A stretch of DNA of 64,000 nucleotides from Clostridia bacterium (GCA_045541975.1 JAZQKB010000026.1:4593-68592), one strand, 5' to 3'. Shown: positions 18,985 through 32,170, counted from the first letter of the stretch. The notes: generated by a model not told the origin, from the letters alone. Program-made: numbers and translations.

Positions 18985-19560
18985 ATGTCGTACATAGAAA
19001 AACTGAATCAACAAAAAGCTGACATCTTTCAATTCTATAAAACAGTTGATGGCTTGCGATTGCCAATACAGGTCTTTTTGCCTGATTTTTTTGATAAAAC
19101 CTGTACCTATCCTACGGTCATCGCCATTCATGGCGGCGGTTGGAACGCCCTAAAGGAAACACCCGCTGACTGGGACGGTGGCTGGATGGCGAATAATGTG
19201 AAATATTATCGGGAAAAAGGATACGTTGGGATTGTGTTTTCGTATCGTGATTTTGCAATTTGTCCCGACGGCGTTGGCGGCATCTGGAGTTACTGTGCCA
19301 AAGAGCCTATGCCGTATTCTCCTGTGCATCACATCAAAAAACTTGATGCCAAAATTTTAGTGATGCACGGCACAAGCAATTCTGTGGTAGCGATTGATGA
19401 CAGCCGTGTATTTACCGAAAAAATGAAGGGATCAGGGAACGAAATCACTACGATGGAAGTTCCAAATGCGGAACATGCCTTTATCTTATTTGGCTATACC
19501 AACACAGAAGAAAATATTTTGGAAGTGTTAAAGAAAACGGACGAGTTTTTTGATCTATAA
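18985..19560 (+). CDS. alpha/beta-hydrolase (esterase/lipase HGGGW type) lacking the nucleophile segment
   Basis: The IAIHGGGW oxyanion motif and a C-terminal HGTSNSVV...AEHAF are present, but no G-x-S-x-G elbow. At 191 aa it is short; my recollection is that this family is usually considerably longer. Confidence 0.55.
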   Translation: MSYIEKLNQQKADIFQFYKTVDGLRLPIQVFLPDFFDKTCTYPTVIAIHGGGWNALKETPADWDGGWMANNVKYYREKGYVGIVFSYRDFAICPDGVGGIWSYCAKEPMPYSPVHHIKKLDAKILVMHGTSNSVVAIDDSRVFTEKMKGSGNEITTMEVPNAEHAFILFGYTNTEENILEVLKKTDEFFDL

Positions 19561-19585
19561 ACTGCTATAAAAACGGGAGAACGGT

Positions 19586-20326
19586 ATGAACCTTACCAAA
19601 CGGAATTTCTTAACAGGAAATCAATTAAAAATCATAGCGGCACTATTGATGCTTACGGACCATATTGGTGTGATGCTGTATCCAAATATCGTAGAACTTC
19701 GTATGATAGGGCGGTTATCTTTTCCTGTTTTTGCGTATTTGATTGCAGAAGGCTGTATCCATACCAGCAATAAGAAAAACTATTTTTTGGGTATTTTTTT
19801 GTTGGGAATTTTCTGCCAACTCATATTTTACATTGCGGAAGGCAGTACGGATTTAGGCATTCTAATTACCTTTTCCATCTCTATTTTACTTTGCTATCTT
19901 TTGCAAGCATTGAAAGAAACACTGATTTCGCAAGAGAAAAGCATGATACAAAAAGTGTTGTTGTGCATTTGTTTTGCCCTAGCAATCGGCATCACACATC
20001 TCATCAATCAGAAAGTCTATGTGGATTATGGATTTTGGGGATGTGTTTTACCCGTTTTTGCCTGCTTGTGCCGTAGTGTGAAAGCTAACGGGAAAACCTA
20101 CCTGCAAAAACTGGATCAGAATTTCATCCATGTGATTCTTTTTGGAATCGGGTTATATTTTCTTTGCCTGGAATACGGTGAAATCCAAAGGTATTCTTTG
20201 CTGGCACTTCCTTTGCTGTTTCTTTATTCTAGAAAACGGGGAGAGTTTAAGCTGAAATGGTTTTTCTATATCTTCTATCCCGTTCATTTTGCAGTGCTGG
20301 CACTGATTGAGCAGTTATTCTTTTAG
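19586..20326 (+). CDS. TraX family membrane protein
   Basis: LKIIAALLMLTDHIG, RLSFPVFAYLIAEG and a C-terminal FYIFYPVHF are typical TraX-family signatures. Confidence 0.75.
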   Translation: MNLTKRNFLTGNQLKIIAALLMLTDHIGVMLYPNIVELRMIGRLSFPVFAYLIAEGCIHTSNKKNYFLGIFLLGIFCQLIFYIAEGSTDLGILITFSISILLCYLLQALKETLISQEKSMIQKVLLCICFALAIGITHLINQKVYVDYGFWGCVLPVFACLCRSVKANGKTYLQKLDQNFIHVILFGIGLYFLCLEYGEIQRYSLLALPLLFLYSRKRGEFKLKWFFYIFYPVHFAVLALIEQLFF

Positions 20327-20346
20327 GGCAATAAGGAGCAACAAAT

Positions 20347-20904
20347 ATGAAATTTTTCGGACATTTTAAAACCATCACCAAGCATAAGCTTCTGGTGATG
20401 AAGCATTGCTTTCGGATTGGACTTTACCGTCAGGGATTGGCTCACGATCTGTCAAAATATCATCCCAGGGAATTTGGAATTGGGGTGAAATATTATATCG
20501 GTACCGAAAGTCCCAATGCGGAGGAAAGAAAAGCCACAGGGGTTTCCACCGCATGGCTTCGTCATAAGGGCAGAAACAAGCACCATTTTGAGTACTGGAT
20601 TGACTATAGTCCCAACCCCGAAGAGGGAATCGTTGGGATGAAAATGCCCTTAAAATATGTGGCGGAAATGTTTTGCGACCGTCTTGCTGCCTCTAAAAAC
20701 TATCAGGGCGACAAATACACGCCCGAACATCCTTTGGCATATTATGTGAAAGACCGTGACAAAATTATTATCCATCCCGAGGTGGATGCACTTTTGATGA
20801 AATTGCTCACCATGTTAAAGAACGAAGGAGAAGACGTAACGTTTACCTATTTAAAAAAATTGCTGAAAGAAGAAAAACAACAGAAAAAAATCGGCTCAAA
20901 ATGA
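20347..20904 (+). CDS. DUF5662-like protein
   Basis: FGHFKTITKHKLLVMKHCFRIGLYRQGLAHDLSKY matches my memory of the DUF5662 family N-terminus. Confidence 0.5.
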   Translation: MKFFGHFKTITKHKLLVMKHCFRIGLYRQGLAHDLSKYHPREFGIGVKYYIGTESPNAEERKATGVSTAWLRHKGRNKHHFEYWIDYSPNPEEGIVGMKMPLKYVAEMFCDRLAASKNYQGDKYTPEHPLAYYVKDRDKIIIHPEVDALLMKLLTMLKNEGEDVTFTYLKKLLKEEKQQKKIGSK

Positions 20905-20917
20905 GCCGATTTTTTTC
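20884..20917. terminator. bidirectional rho-independent terminator
   Basis: atcggctca/tgagccgat 9-bp stem flanked by A7 and T7. It overlaps the stop codon at 20902-20904. Confidence 0.8.
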
Positions 20918-20919
20918 AA

Positions 20920-22335
20920 TTATATCAGTTTATCACATTCCAATAACATCAATATTGCCATTTCGGTAGCTTCTAAAAAGCCTTCAATGGATAATACTTC
21001 GTCAGGCTGATGGAGATTTCCGTGTCCTTTTGGTAGGTCGAAAGGAATTTCCTTTCTCACCATAGTGCCGATTTCCACTGCGCAGGGTAAGTGCCGTCCG
21101 TAGGTACCGCCGGCATTGACCAGGCTTTTTGCCTCGGTATCTCCGGTGTAATCCTTGTATACTTGCAAACAAGCCTGAACGGTGGGCAAATCTTCGGGAA
21201 GCACGTGGGTAGACATCACATGCGAGAAGGAAACCGACCAATCCTTTTGGCTGAATTTTTCGATTAAATCTTTTTGCAATGCATCCGGATCGGTAGTTTT
21301 TCCGAAACGGATATCAAATACTAAGGAAACACAGCCGTTTTCCAAGCGTACGATTCCGTTGGTGCAAGTGAGTTTTCCAAAGTCGGGATCCATAGCTTCG
21401 ATGCCCAAAGCTTCCCCATAGGGGGTTGCAAGTAAGTTTTTCACAAAGGACAGTTGTTTTTTGTCATTTTCTGTCAGAAGTTCGCAATCAGATAAGAAAT
21501 CAGTAATCAGGAAGCCGGCATTCAAAGAACCTTCGGGGAATGCGCCGTGAGTGGACACACCTTCTGCGTAAACCGTAATTTCACTCTGATCCATAGAAAT
21601 CTTCACCGAATCAGTTTCCTTTGATTTTAAGGCATCGTAGAGGTCTTCTTTTGCCTTTAGTTTCATGGTTGCTTTTCCTAAGATAATATTAAAGGAAACA
21701 CCACCGTGAAAATCGGTCACATCATCCAGAGGGATTTTGGATACCGCTGTTGCCTGAAACATTCCTTTATTCCCACGGTATAAGGGAAACTCAGAATCGC
21801 AAATCAAAGAAAAATCGGGTGCTTTGTGGTTTTTTGCATAGTTTTCAATATCTTGCATACCTGTTTCTTCGCTGATTCCTGTGAAGGAAACAATTCTGCT
21901 TTGGATGGGTAATTGAAGATCCTGAATCATTTTCATGATATAGAGTGCCGATACCACAGCACATTTATCGTCTGCCACACCACGACCAATTAAAAAACCG
22001 TCTTTCACCGTGGCAGAAAAGGGGGAGCCTGCTACCCAATCATCACCTGCTGCTACCACATCGGCATGGGCAAACAGACCCAGACTTTTTTCGCCGTCTC
22101 CTAAATAGGAAAGCAGATAACCGTCCTGGTGGTCAATGTCGGTGGCAAAACCGTTTTTTTCATATAAATCTTTCACATAGTCTAACACTTCGGCACATTC
22201 CTTGCCAAAGGGATATTCTTCACTCACATTCTGCTGAACAGACGGAAATGCTACCAAACGGGATAATTCTGCAATCATTTCGTCTTTGTGAGACCAAATA
22301 TAGTCATGAATTTGTTTCTGATACATTTTTTTCAC
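20920..22335 (-). CDS. M20-family dipeptidase (PepV/Sapep-like)
   Basis: 471 aa with HADVV, GRGVADDKC and SEETG metal-ligand motifs of M20 peptidases, and PepV-like length. Confidence 0.85.
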   Translation of the reverse strand: MKKMYQKQIHDYIWSHKDEMIAELSRLVAFPSVQQNVSEEYPFGKECAEVLDYVKDLYEKNGFATDIDHQDGYLLSYLGDGEKSLGLFAHADVVAAGDDWVAGSPFSATVKDGFLIGRGVADDKCAVVSALYIMKMIQDLQLPIQSRIVSFTGISEETGMQDIENYAKNHKAPDFSLICDSEFPLYRGNKGMFQATAVSKIPLDDVTDFHGGVSFNIILGKATMKLKAKEDLYDALKSKETDSVKISMDQSEITVYAEGVSTHGAFPEGSLNAGFLITDFLSDCELLTENDKKQLSFVKNLLATPYGEALGIEAMDPDFGKLTCTNGIVRLENGCVSLVFDIRFGKTTDPDALQKDLIEKFSQKDWSVSFSHVMSTHVLPEDLPTVQACLQVYKDYTGDTEAKSLVNAGGTYGRHLPCAVEIGTMVRKEIPFDLPKGHGNLHQPDEVLSIEGFLEATEMAILMLLECDKLI

Positions 22336-22350
22336 TCCTTTTTATCTATT

Positions 22351-23169
22351 CTATGCAAGAGAAAACTTTTGAAGAAGTTCTTCTTTTTTCTCTTGGAGTA
22401 ACACTAAGCTGGGTTTTCCGATATAATTTAAGTCGTGTCGTTTTACCAGTTCTTTTGCTAAAGCAATATTCGTTTGATCAAACACCACCTGAGAGCTGTG
22501 GGCATCGGAACCAAAGGTAATGGGGCATCCCACTTCGCCTGCAATCTGAAAGAAACGGTCGGAAGGGTAGTTTTCGTTGCTTCTGGCACCGTTAAAATTG
22601 ATTTCTAAGGGAATGTTGTATTCCTTAGAGGCTTCGCAGATTTTTTTCATTTCTGCGTAATAGAGTACATCATTTTTGCCACGGTAATTCACAAAATCCG
22701 GATGTGCCACATAGGTAAATACACCGGTTTTGATTCCTGCTAAAACACATTCCACATACTCTATCAGCACATTTTCATCTTCGGTTGGGACACCTGAGGG
22801 GTAACCGTTGGGATATTCATTCTGAAGATAGTGTTGCCCTAAAATCAGATATTCAGCCCCAAAATCCAAAACCATTTTCAGCATTTTGGGAAAATACAGC
22901 GGATAATATTCCATTTCGTAACCGATTTTGATATCAAGTTTGTTTTGATATACCTCTCTTAAACGGTTAGCTTCTTTGAAGTATTCCGGCACATCTTTGA
23001 TGAAAATACGGTGATAGGTGGTTTCATAACCGTCGGGGAAACGAAACGGAGAATGCTCGGAAAAGCCTAAGTAGTGCATACCGCCTGCGATGGCGTTTTT
23101 CACATAGTCTTCCATTTCATCGGTTGCATGATGACAGTATTTGGTGTGGGTATGATAATTATAGTCCAT
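22351..23169 (-). CDS. histidinol-phosphatase family (PHP domain, HisJ-like)
   Basis: N-terminal YHTHTKYCHHA PHP motif, C-terminal FGSDAH, 272 aa. Confidence 0.8.
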   Translation of the reverse strand: MDYNYHTHTKYCHHATDEMEDYVKNAIAGGMHYLGFSEHSPFRFPDGYETTYHRIFIKDVPEYFKEANRLREVYQNKLDIKIGYEMEYYPLYFPKMLKMVLDFGAEYLILGQHYLQNEYPNGYPSGVPTEDENVLIEYVECVLAGIKTGVFTYVAHPDFVNYRGKNDVLYYAEMKKICEASKEYNIPLEINFNGARSNENYPSDRFFQIAGEVGCPITFGSDAHSSQVVFDQTNIALAKELVKRHDLNYIGKPSLVLLQEKKEELLQKFSLA

Positions 23170-23230
23170 AAGAAAGCCCTCTTTAAAATTATATATGGTA
23201 TTATATCATGTTTTAGAAAAACTGTCAACG

Positions 23231-23270
23231 AAAAAAGAACCTTTTCCCATAGGGAGAAAGGTTCTTTTTG
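23231..23270 (-). terminator. rho-independent terminator of the atp operon
   Basis: gaacctttt..ccc/ggg..aaaggttc hairpin with a U-run on the minus strand, just downstream of atpC. Confidence 0.7.
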
Positions 23271-23277
23271 AAATCAA

Positions 23278-23537
23278 TTATTCAAATTGAAAAGAGCCGG
23301 AAATTAAGGTGACAATGTCTTTGCCAACGGTTAAAAGACCTCCTTTTGCGGTTGCCTTCTTTTTGGTCTCATTTTCTAAATGAATCACCACGGGAGCCTC
23401 CACAATGGAAGTGACAAAAGGGATATGTCCTGCCATAATGGCTAAATCACCTTCGGTACCGCGAACATCCAATTTCACAACGTCTCCTTCAAACAGATTG
23501 CCGTCAGGAGAGGAAACAATCAAATGAAAGGTATTCA

Positions 23538-23538
<1 letters not shown>
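23278..23538 (-). CDS. atpC: F0F1 ATP synthase subunit epsilon (short form, beta-sandwich only)
   Basis: LIVSSPDGNLFEGDV...AIMAGHIPF pattern. Its start overlaps the atpD stop (ATGA-type junction). It is only 86 aa. Confidence 0.85.
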
Positions 23539-25791
<2,253 letters not shown>

Positions 25792-25794
25792 TTT

Positions 25795-27285
25795 CTACAC
25801 CTGCACTTTCGCAAGAATGTCTTTTAATTCGTTTTCTAACTGTTCATCATATTCGCCGTTTTCAATACGGGTTAACCAACCGCCAAACTCATTTTCCAGT
25901 TTGCCAAACAGCTTCTGTTCGTATTTTTTTACATCAGAAACGGCAACCGAATCCAGATAACCTTTGATAACTGCATACACAATAGCAACCTGACAACCCA
26001 CACGGACGGGTGCATTTCTGCCTTGCTTTAACACTTCCACAATACGTTCCCCTAACGCCAGACGAGCTTTGGTATCAGCATCTAAGTCGCTTCCAAACTG
26101 GGCAAAGGATTGCAATTCACGGTACTGAGAATATAAAAGCTTCAGTTCACCGGAAACTTTTTTCATTCCCTTTAGCTGAGCGGAACCGCCCACACGGCTT
26201 ACGGAAATACCGGGGTTGATTGCCGGCATAATACCGGAATGAAATAACTCAGTTTCTAAGAATATCTGACCGTCGGTAATGGAAATTACGTTGGTGGGAA
26301 TATAGGCAGACACGTCACCTGCCTGGGTTTCAATAATGGGAAGGGCAGTAATGGATCCACCTCCGTATTCTTTTGCCACACAAGCAGCTCTTTCCAACAG
26401 TCTGGAATGGAGATAGAATACGTCTCCGGGGTATGCTTCACGTCCGGGCGGACGGCGGATTAACAGAGAAAGAGCACGGTATGCCACTGCGTGTTTACTT
26501 AAATCATCATAAATAATTAACACGTCTTTTCCTTGTTCTCTGAAATGCTCTGCCATAGCGCAACCGCTATAAGGAGCAATATACTGAAGCGGTGCGCTTT
26601 CTGCTGCAGTTGCGGAAACGATGATGGTGTATTCCATAGCGCCGTTTCTTTGCAGTTCACTTGCCAATTTCGCCACAGAGGTACTCTTTTGGCCAATGGC
26701 AACATAAATACAGATAACTCCCGTGTTTTTCTGATTGATAATCGTGTCAATAGCGATTTCGGTTTTCCCGGTTTGACGGTCCCCGATAATCAGCTCACGC
26801 TGTCCCCGACCGATGGGAATCATACTGTCAATTGCTTTAATACCGGTCTGCAACGGCACATTTACGCTTTCACGTTCAATAATGCCGGGTGCTTCCGACT
26901 CAATAGGACGGGTAGCGTCATATTGGATGGGACCTTTTCCGTCGATGGGTTCGCCCAAGGCATTTACTACACGACCTAACAGGTTATTGCCAACCGGTAC
27001 AGACAGTACCTTTCCGGTACGGGACACGTTGGCACCTTCACGGATATCGTTATTGTTGGATAAAACTGCAACAGACACAGTTTCTTCTTCTAAGTTCTGT
27101 GCCATGCCGAAGCTTCCGCCTTCAAATTCCAACAACTCATTTGCCATACAGTTCTTTAGACCGTATACCTGAGCGATTCCGTCACCCACTAAGATAACTT
27201 TTCCCGTTTCTTCCATCTGAACACGGGATTTATAATGTTCAATCTGTGTTTTTATGATATGGCTGATTCCAGCGGGATTGTTCAT
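25795..27285 (-). CDS. atpA: F0F1 ATP synthase subunit alpha
   Basis: GDRQTGKT Walker A, 496 aa, conserved alpha motifs throughout. Confidence 0.95.
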   Translation of the reverse strand: MNNPAGISHIIKTQIEHYKSRVQMEETGKVILVGDGIAQVYGLKNCMANELLEFEGGSFGMAQNLEEETVSVAVLSNNNDIREGANVSRTGKVLSVPVGNNLLGRVVNALGEPIDGKGPIQYDATRPIESEAPGIIERESVNVPLQTGIKAIDSMIPIGRGQRELIIGDRQTGKTEIAIDTIINQKNTGVICIYVAIGQKSTSVAKLASELQRNGAMEYTIIVSATAAESAPLQYIAPYSGCAMAEHFREQGKDVLIIYDDLSKHAVAYRALSLLIRRPPGREAYPGDVFYLHSRLLERAACVAKEYGGGSITALPIIETQAGDVSAYIPTNVISITDGQIFLETELFHSGIMPAINPGISVSRVGGSAQLKGMKKVSGELKLLYSQYRELQSFAQFGSDLDADTKARLALGERIVEVLKQGRNAPVRVGCQVAIVYAVIKGYLDSVAVSDVKKYEQKLFGKLENEFGGWLTRIENGEYDEQLENELKDILAKVQV

Positions 27286-27821
27286 AATTTAATCACTTCC
27301 TTGATTCGTTGCAGGCGTTTTTGCACACTGGCATCGATAATCTGATCCTCTAAGGTGATTTTTAATCCGCCTATGAGGGTTTCGTCCACCAGATAGTGGG
27401 GGACAATGTGCTTGCGATACTTTTCTTCCAATTTTTTGATAAGAGCTTCTTTCTGGTTATCTGCTAGGGGAATTTTGGAGGTCACTGTTACGGTCACAGT
27501 GTTGGAAACCACCATTTCCAGCTTAAAAAACTCTTCAATAATTTCAGAAAGCTTTGTGATATAACCGTTTTCGCAGAGTAGCTTTAAAAAAGATACCACA
27601 TCCTCCGGCATCTTGGCACCAAAGGCCTCCTCGATGGCTAAAAGCCGTTCGGACAAGGGAAGGGCAGGTGTGGCAAGATACATAGGATATTCGGGGTTTT
27701 CTAAAAGTACCGTTTGAATCGTTTCTAAATTTTCGGCAAATTCAGTTACCTTGCTTTTTTCCATGGCTATGGCAAACAAGGCTTCTGCATACGCTTTACT
27801 TGTGTCCTTCATTTGCTTCAC
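27282..27821 (-). CDS. atpH: F0F1 ATP synthase subunit delta (OSCP)
   Basis: YAEALFAIA at the N-terminus, 179 aa, positioned between atpF and atpA. Confidence 0.8.
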   Translation of the reverse strand: MKQMKDTSKAYAEALFAIAMEKSKVTEFAENLETIQTVLLENPEYPMYLATPALPLSERLLAIEEAFGAKMPEDVVSFLKLLCENGYITKLSEIIEEFFKLEMVVSNTVTVTVTSKIPLADNQKEALIKKLEEKYRKHIVPHYLVDETLIGGLKITLEDQIIDASVQKRLQRIKEVIKL

Positions 27822-28311
27822 CTAATTCATTGATAAAGGAATCAATCAGTTTTTTGTGGTCTTCTTCCTTTACTTCACGTTCCAGAATTTTACCTGCAAG
27901 TAAGGTACCCACGTTAACGATTTCTTCCTTGATGGTTTCTTCTGCTTTTCTCAACTCAAGCTTGGCATCTTCTTCCGCCTGACGGATAATACTGTCTGCC
28001 TTTTCTTTGGCATCGGCTAAGATTTCCTGCTCTCTTTGATTTGCAGTGACAACGGCAGATTGAATCAAGCTATCTGCCTCGGATTCGGCATGGGATAGCT
28101 TTTCTTCGTATGTTTTCTTGTCGGAAAGTGCCTGCTCTTTGGCATCTTCTGCCTGCTTGTATTCGTTATCAATGGTTTCCTGACGTTGTGCCAACATCTT
28201 TTTCACGGGCTTATACAGGAATTTTTTCACCAGTAAGAAAAGAATCAAGAGATTCAGCAGAGCAAAGAGCATTTCCCAAAGATTAATGGAAATAATCGGT
28301 AATGTTTGCAT
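27796..28311 (-). CDS. atpF: F0F1 ATP synthase subunit b
   Basis: One N-terminal TM helix followed by a long charged coiled coil (ERQETIDNEYKQAEDAKEQA...). Confidence 0.85.
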   Translation of the reverse strand: MQTLPIISINLWEMLFALLNLLILFLLVKKFLYKPVKKMLAQRQETIDNEYKQAEDAKEQALSDKKTYEEKLSHAESEADSLIQSAVVTANQREQEILADAKEKADSIIRQAEEDAKLELRKAEETIKEEIVNVGTLLAGKILEREVKEEDHKKLIDSFINELGEANEGHK

Positions 28312-28355
28312 GTTGCATGCTCCCTATCTGTATGGATTAATTTCGTTTCGTTCGT

Positions 28356-28673
<318 letters not shown>

Positions 28674-28717
28674 TTAAATTTTTAAACTTTTTTCACATTT
28701 TTAGTTATTTTAATATT

Positions 28718-29647
28718 TTATGCCACTGATTTTTTTGCTTGCTTTTTCAAAAGCCTTTTCTGTTTTCTTGCTTCGTGTTCCTCCTGAGGATATGCACCTG
28801 CCACATTCATCATGGTAAGCATTGCGAAGATAAACGCCTGCAAGCATCCTGAGAACACGTCAAAATAAATGGATAACACTGCGGGAATCCCCAATCTGAA
28901 CCATGGCAAATCTCCGAGTAATCCGGGTAACCAGCCAAACACCAAAGCGGAAAGTCCAGACAGCGCTACTGCAAGTAATGTGGAAATTACCGTTCCCGAT
29001 AAAATATTTCCGTAATGACGGAAGCTCATGGAGATGGGAGTTGCAAATTCACTTAAAAAGTTGATGGGTGCTAAGAGTGCCACCGGTTCGGTAAAGCTCT
29101 TTAAATAATAAAGAGGTCCGCACTTTAGTTTGTAGTAGGTGATTAAAATAAATACCAAAAGCGCCCAACCGCCAACCACGTTAATGTCTGATGTGGGAGG
29201 AAACAGTCCGATTAGCGAACTCAAACTGGACACTGCAGACAAAGCCAGCATGGCGATAATAAAGGGAGCATATCCCATAAACACTTCGCCCATATTTTCC
29301 TGCACCAGTCCATCTACCTTTTCCACAATCAACTCTGCAAAGTGCTGACGTTTTAAGTGTATCCGTTCCCCAATGCCGTGTGCCATGTATAAGCAGAAAA
29401 AGAAAATAGTCACGGTAACCAACAGGGAATTAATTTGTGATTCTGTTACGGGGAAATCCTGGATGGGCATGGGAATCGTAAAAAAGATTCTGGCACCTGT
29501 TAAGGAAATACCGTCACTTTGGGGTTTGGTTAAGATCTGAAGAATCATGCCCACAACCAGAGGCAGAATCATCATCACAATGTAGAGGGCATCCACAATT
29601 TTAAAATGACGGCTCGTTTGTATTTTGTCTGTTTTATTTTTTTGCAA
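28718..29647 (-). CDS. atpB: F0F1 ATP synthase subunit a
   Basis: Polytopic protein with the SMSFRHYGN motif (the conserved Arg of subunit a). The start could be internal, because 309 aa is long for this subunit. Confidence 0.85.
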   Translation of the reverse strand: MQKNKTDKIQTSRHFKIVDALYIVMMILPLVVGMILQILTKPQSDGISLTGARIFFTIPMPIQDFPVTESQINSLLVTVTIFFFCLYMAHGIGERIHLKRQHFAELIVEKVDGLVQENMGEVFMGYAPFIIAMLALSAVSSLSSLIGLFPPTSDINVVGGWALLVFILITYYKLKCGPLYYLKSFTEPVALLAPINFLSEFATPISMSFRHYGNILSGTVISTLLAVALSGLSALVFGWLPGLLGDLPWFRLGIPAVLSIYFDVFSGCLQAFIFAMLTMMNVAGAYPQEEHEARKQKRLLKKQAKKSVA

Positions 29648-29667
29648 AATCTATCACCCCTTTGGGA

Positions 29668-30057
29668 TTAGTCTTTCAGAAAAAGCGGTCGCAGTGACAC
29701 GGCAATTCTTGGGAATAAGAAGGGAATCACCACCGCCACAAGATGAAACTGTGGAACAAAGTATCCCACTATCGCAAACGCCAATAAGAAAAACATTCGT
29801 GCCGTTTGTGAGAATTTTATTAAGGTTTTGGCATCTTTTTCTTCTTTTGTAAGAGCGTTCTGCACGGTAATACCCATTAGAAGAAAATTACAAACAGCAC
29901 CTAAAACTCCCCAGATATTTCCTAAAAGCACCGAAATATCCCAGGCTTTGCAAAAGAAAAACACCGCTTCCATAATCACACTTAACACGATTGTTATCAC
30001 GGCAATATAGCGTGTTTCTTTTAACACGGTTGCATCAATTTTTTTCACGGGGTTCAC
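29668..30057 (-). CDS. atpI: ATP synthase subunit I (AtpI-like small membrane protein)
   Basis: 129-aa protein with four TM helices, first gene of the atp operon. Confidence 0.6.
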   Translation of the reverse strand: MNPVKKIDATVLKETRYIAVITIVLSVIMEAVFFFCKAWDISVLLGNIWGVLGAVCNFLLMGITVQNALTKEEKDAKTLIKFSQTARMFFLLAFAIVGYFVPQFHLVAVVIPFLFPRIAVSLRPLFLKD

Positions 30058-30258
30058 CTCTTCTTTGTCTATATGATATGGAAAAAAATACTTATAAATC
30101 TATTCTATCTTATTTTTGTGAAAAATGCAAGAAAAAAATCCAAACAATTCATAAAAAGTTCAGATTTTGGTCAAATTGGTATCCTTTATTGCAAATTGCG
30201 TAATATTATGATACAATTATAGAAAACAATAGAAAAAACGGAGGAGGAAGAATACCCT

Positions 30259-31740
30259 GTGGAAAAAACATATCTTTGCATTGATTTAAAGTCTTTTTAT
30301 GCCTCCGTGGAATGTATGGAACGAGGATTGGACCCGCTAAAAACCAATCTGGTGGTTGCCGATAGCTCCCGTACGGAAAAAACCATCTGCTTAGCGGTAA
30401 CACCCAGTTTAAAACAGTACGGTCTTTCGGGCCGTTCCCGTTTGTTTGAAGTAGTAAAACGGGTTCGTGAGGTGAATGAGGAACGGCTCCGTCATGCACC
30501 AAATCGCACCTTTTCGGGAGAATCCCATCAGGCGGATTGTTTGAAAACCGATCCGTCCTTAAAATTGTCTTACCTGATTGCACCACCTCGTATGGCACAC
30601 TATATGGAATACAGTACCAAAATTTATGATGTTTATTTAAAATATGTTTCTCACGAAGATATTTTAGTATATTCCATTGATGAAGTTTTTATTGATTTAA
30701 CGGCATATTTGCCGTTTTATAAAAAAACAGCACGGGAATTGGCATTGCTCATTATCCGTGATGTGCTTGCAACTACAGGGATAACTGCCACAGCGGGCAT
30801 TGGCACCAATTTGTATCTTGCCAAAATTGCGATGGACATCAAAGCCAAAAAAATGCCTGCCGATCGCGACGGTGTGCGAATTGCGTTTTTAGACGAAAAA
30901 AGCTATCGTCAGGAGCTATGGAACCATCAGCCGTTGACTGATTTTTGGAGAGTGGGGCAGGGTTCTGCCAAACGGTTGGAAAGCCGTCGGATGTATACCA
31001 TGGGAGATATTGCCCGTGCATCCTTGTCGGCAGATGGCAGAAAGGTTTTAAAAAAATTGTTCGGCATCAATGCCAAACTTCTCATTGATCATGCCTGGGG
31101 GTATGAACCTTGTGATATTGCAGAGGCTAAGGCCTATATTCCCGAAAATCGCAGTCTAAGCTCAGGACAGGTGTTATCTTCTCCCTATGATTATGAAAAA
31201 ACACGAATCATCGTTCGGGAGATGACGGAGCTGATGGCGTTGGATTTGGTGGAAAAACGGATTTTGACTGACCAGTTGACCTTAACGATTGGTTACGATA
31301 CCGAAAACGTGACCAAAAACTTCAAAGGAACCGTGGAAACTGACCGTTACGGCAGAAAAACTCCGAAATCTGCTCACGGCACCGTGAATCTTTCCCAAAT
31401 GACTTCCTCCACCATGCTGATGATGGAGGGAATGATGGAACTGTTTGAACGAATTGTAGATTCCCGCCTGACTGTTCGCCGGATAACGATTTCGGCAAAT
31501 CGGTTGGTATTGGAAAAAAGCTATCAAAAAGAACCGGTGTACGAACAACTGGATTTATTTACCAGCCAAGATGAAAAACAGGCAAAAGAAAAACAGTTAG
31601 AAAAAGAACGCAGTCTTCAGGAAACGACCGTCCGTCTTCGTAATAAATTTGGCAAAAATGCCGTATTAAAAGGCACCAACCTGCAGGAAGGTGCCACCAC
31701 TATGGATAGAAACCGTCAGATTGGCGGTCATAAAGCGTAG
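30259..31740 (+). CDS. Y-family DNA polymerase (UmuC/ImpB/UvrX-like)
   Basis: CIDLKSFYASVEC, YSIDEVFIDLT and ATAGIGTNLYLAKIAMD are Y-family catalytic motifs. GTG start follows ggaggagg. Confidence 0.9.
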   Translation: MEKTYLCIDLKSFYASVECMERGLDPLKTNLVVADSSRTEKTICLAVTPSLKQYGLSGRSRLFEVVKRVREVNEERLRHAPNRTFSGESHQADCLKTDPSLKLSYLIAPPRMAHYMEYSTKIYDVYLKYVSHEDILVYSIDEVFIDLTAYLPFYKKTARELALLIIRDVLATTGITATAGIGTNLYLAKIAMDIKAKKMPADRDGVRIAFLDEKSYRQELWNHQPLTDFWRVGQGSAKRLESRRMYTMGDIARASLSADGRKVLKKLFGINAKLLIDHAWGYEPCDIAEAKAYIPENRSLSSGQVLSSPYDYEKTRIIVREMTELMALDLVEKRILTDQLTLTIGYDTENVTKNFKGTVETDRYGRKTPKSAHGTVNLSQMTSSTMLMMEGMMELFERIVDSRLTVRRITISANRLVLEKSYQKEPVYEQLDLFTSQDEKQAKEKQLEKERSLQETTVRLRNKFGKNAVLKGTNLQEGATTMDRNRQIGGHKA

Positions 31741-31750
31741 GTGAATTTTT

Positions 31751-32170
31751 TTGGACAACTTAGAAAACTTTTATCGTGATATCATACATTATTCCTATCC
31801 CAATCCCGAAATTGAAAAAGACTTTCCCGATCCGGTATTGCGGGGCGCTCAGTTTGCACCTTTTGCAGCCTTAACAGGCCACGATGAAGCAATCGAGGAA
31901 ACTGCCCGGTTAACTGACGGAAAAATTATTTTGTCCGAAACACGACAGGAAGAAATCAACCGCAGCCTGCAGTTTCTTTTAGAGCATATCGGGGAACACC
32001 CGATGGTTTTAGTTACCTATTTTGTAGCCGACCAAAAAAAGCAGGGTGGTGCTTATGATACGAAACAGGAAACTGTCTTAAAAATTCGCGCTGCTGAACA
32101 AATTTTACTTCTTTCTGACAAAACCGAAATCTCATTTTCCGATATTTTAAATCTGGGAATTTTAGCATAG
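31751..32170 (+). CDS. YolD-like protein
   Basis: 139-aa ORF immediately after the Y-family polymerase, with the FAPFAALTGH motif typical of YolD-like partners. TTG start. Confidence 0.65.
   Translation: MDNLENFYRDIIHYSYPNPEIEKDFPDPVLRGAQFAPFAALTGHDEAIEETARLTDGKIILSETRQEEINRSLQFLLEHIGEHPMVLVTYFVADQKKQGGAYDTKQETVLKIRAAEQILLLSDKTEISFSDILNLGILA

Noticed and set aside
21945-22520. 191-aa ORF spanning the pepV-like/hisJ-like junction on the plus strand
   Set aside because: It is antisense to two confident genes, and its His/Pro/Leu-rich sequence has no motifs.
26533-27172. 148-aa and 119-aa ORFs antisense to atpA
   Set aside because: Shadow ORFs inside the highly conserved atpA gene.
30060-30258. 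LexA/SOS box upstream of the Y-family polymerase
   Set aside because: I scanned by eye for CGAAC-N4-GTTCG and found no acceptable match, so no feature is reported.
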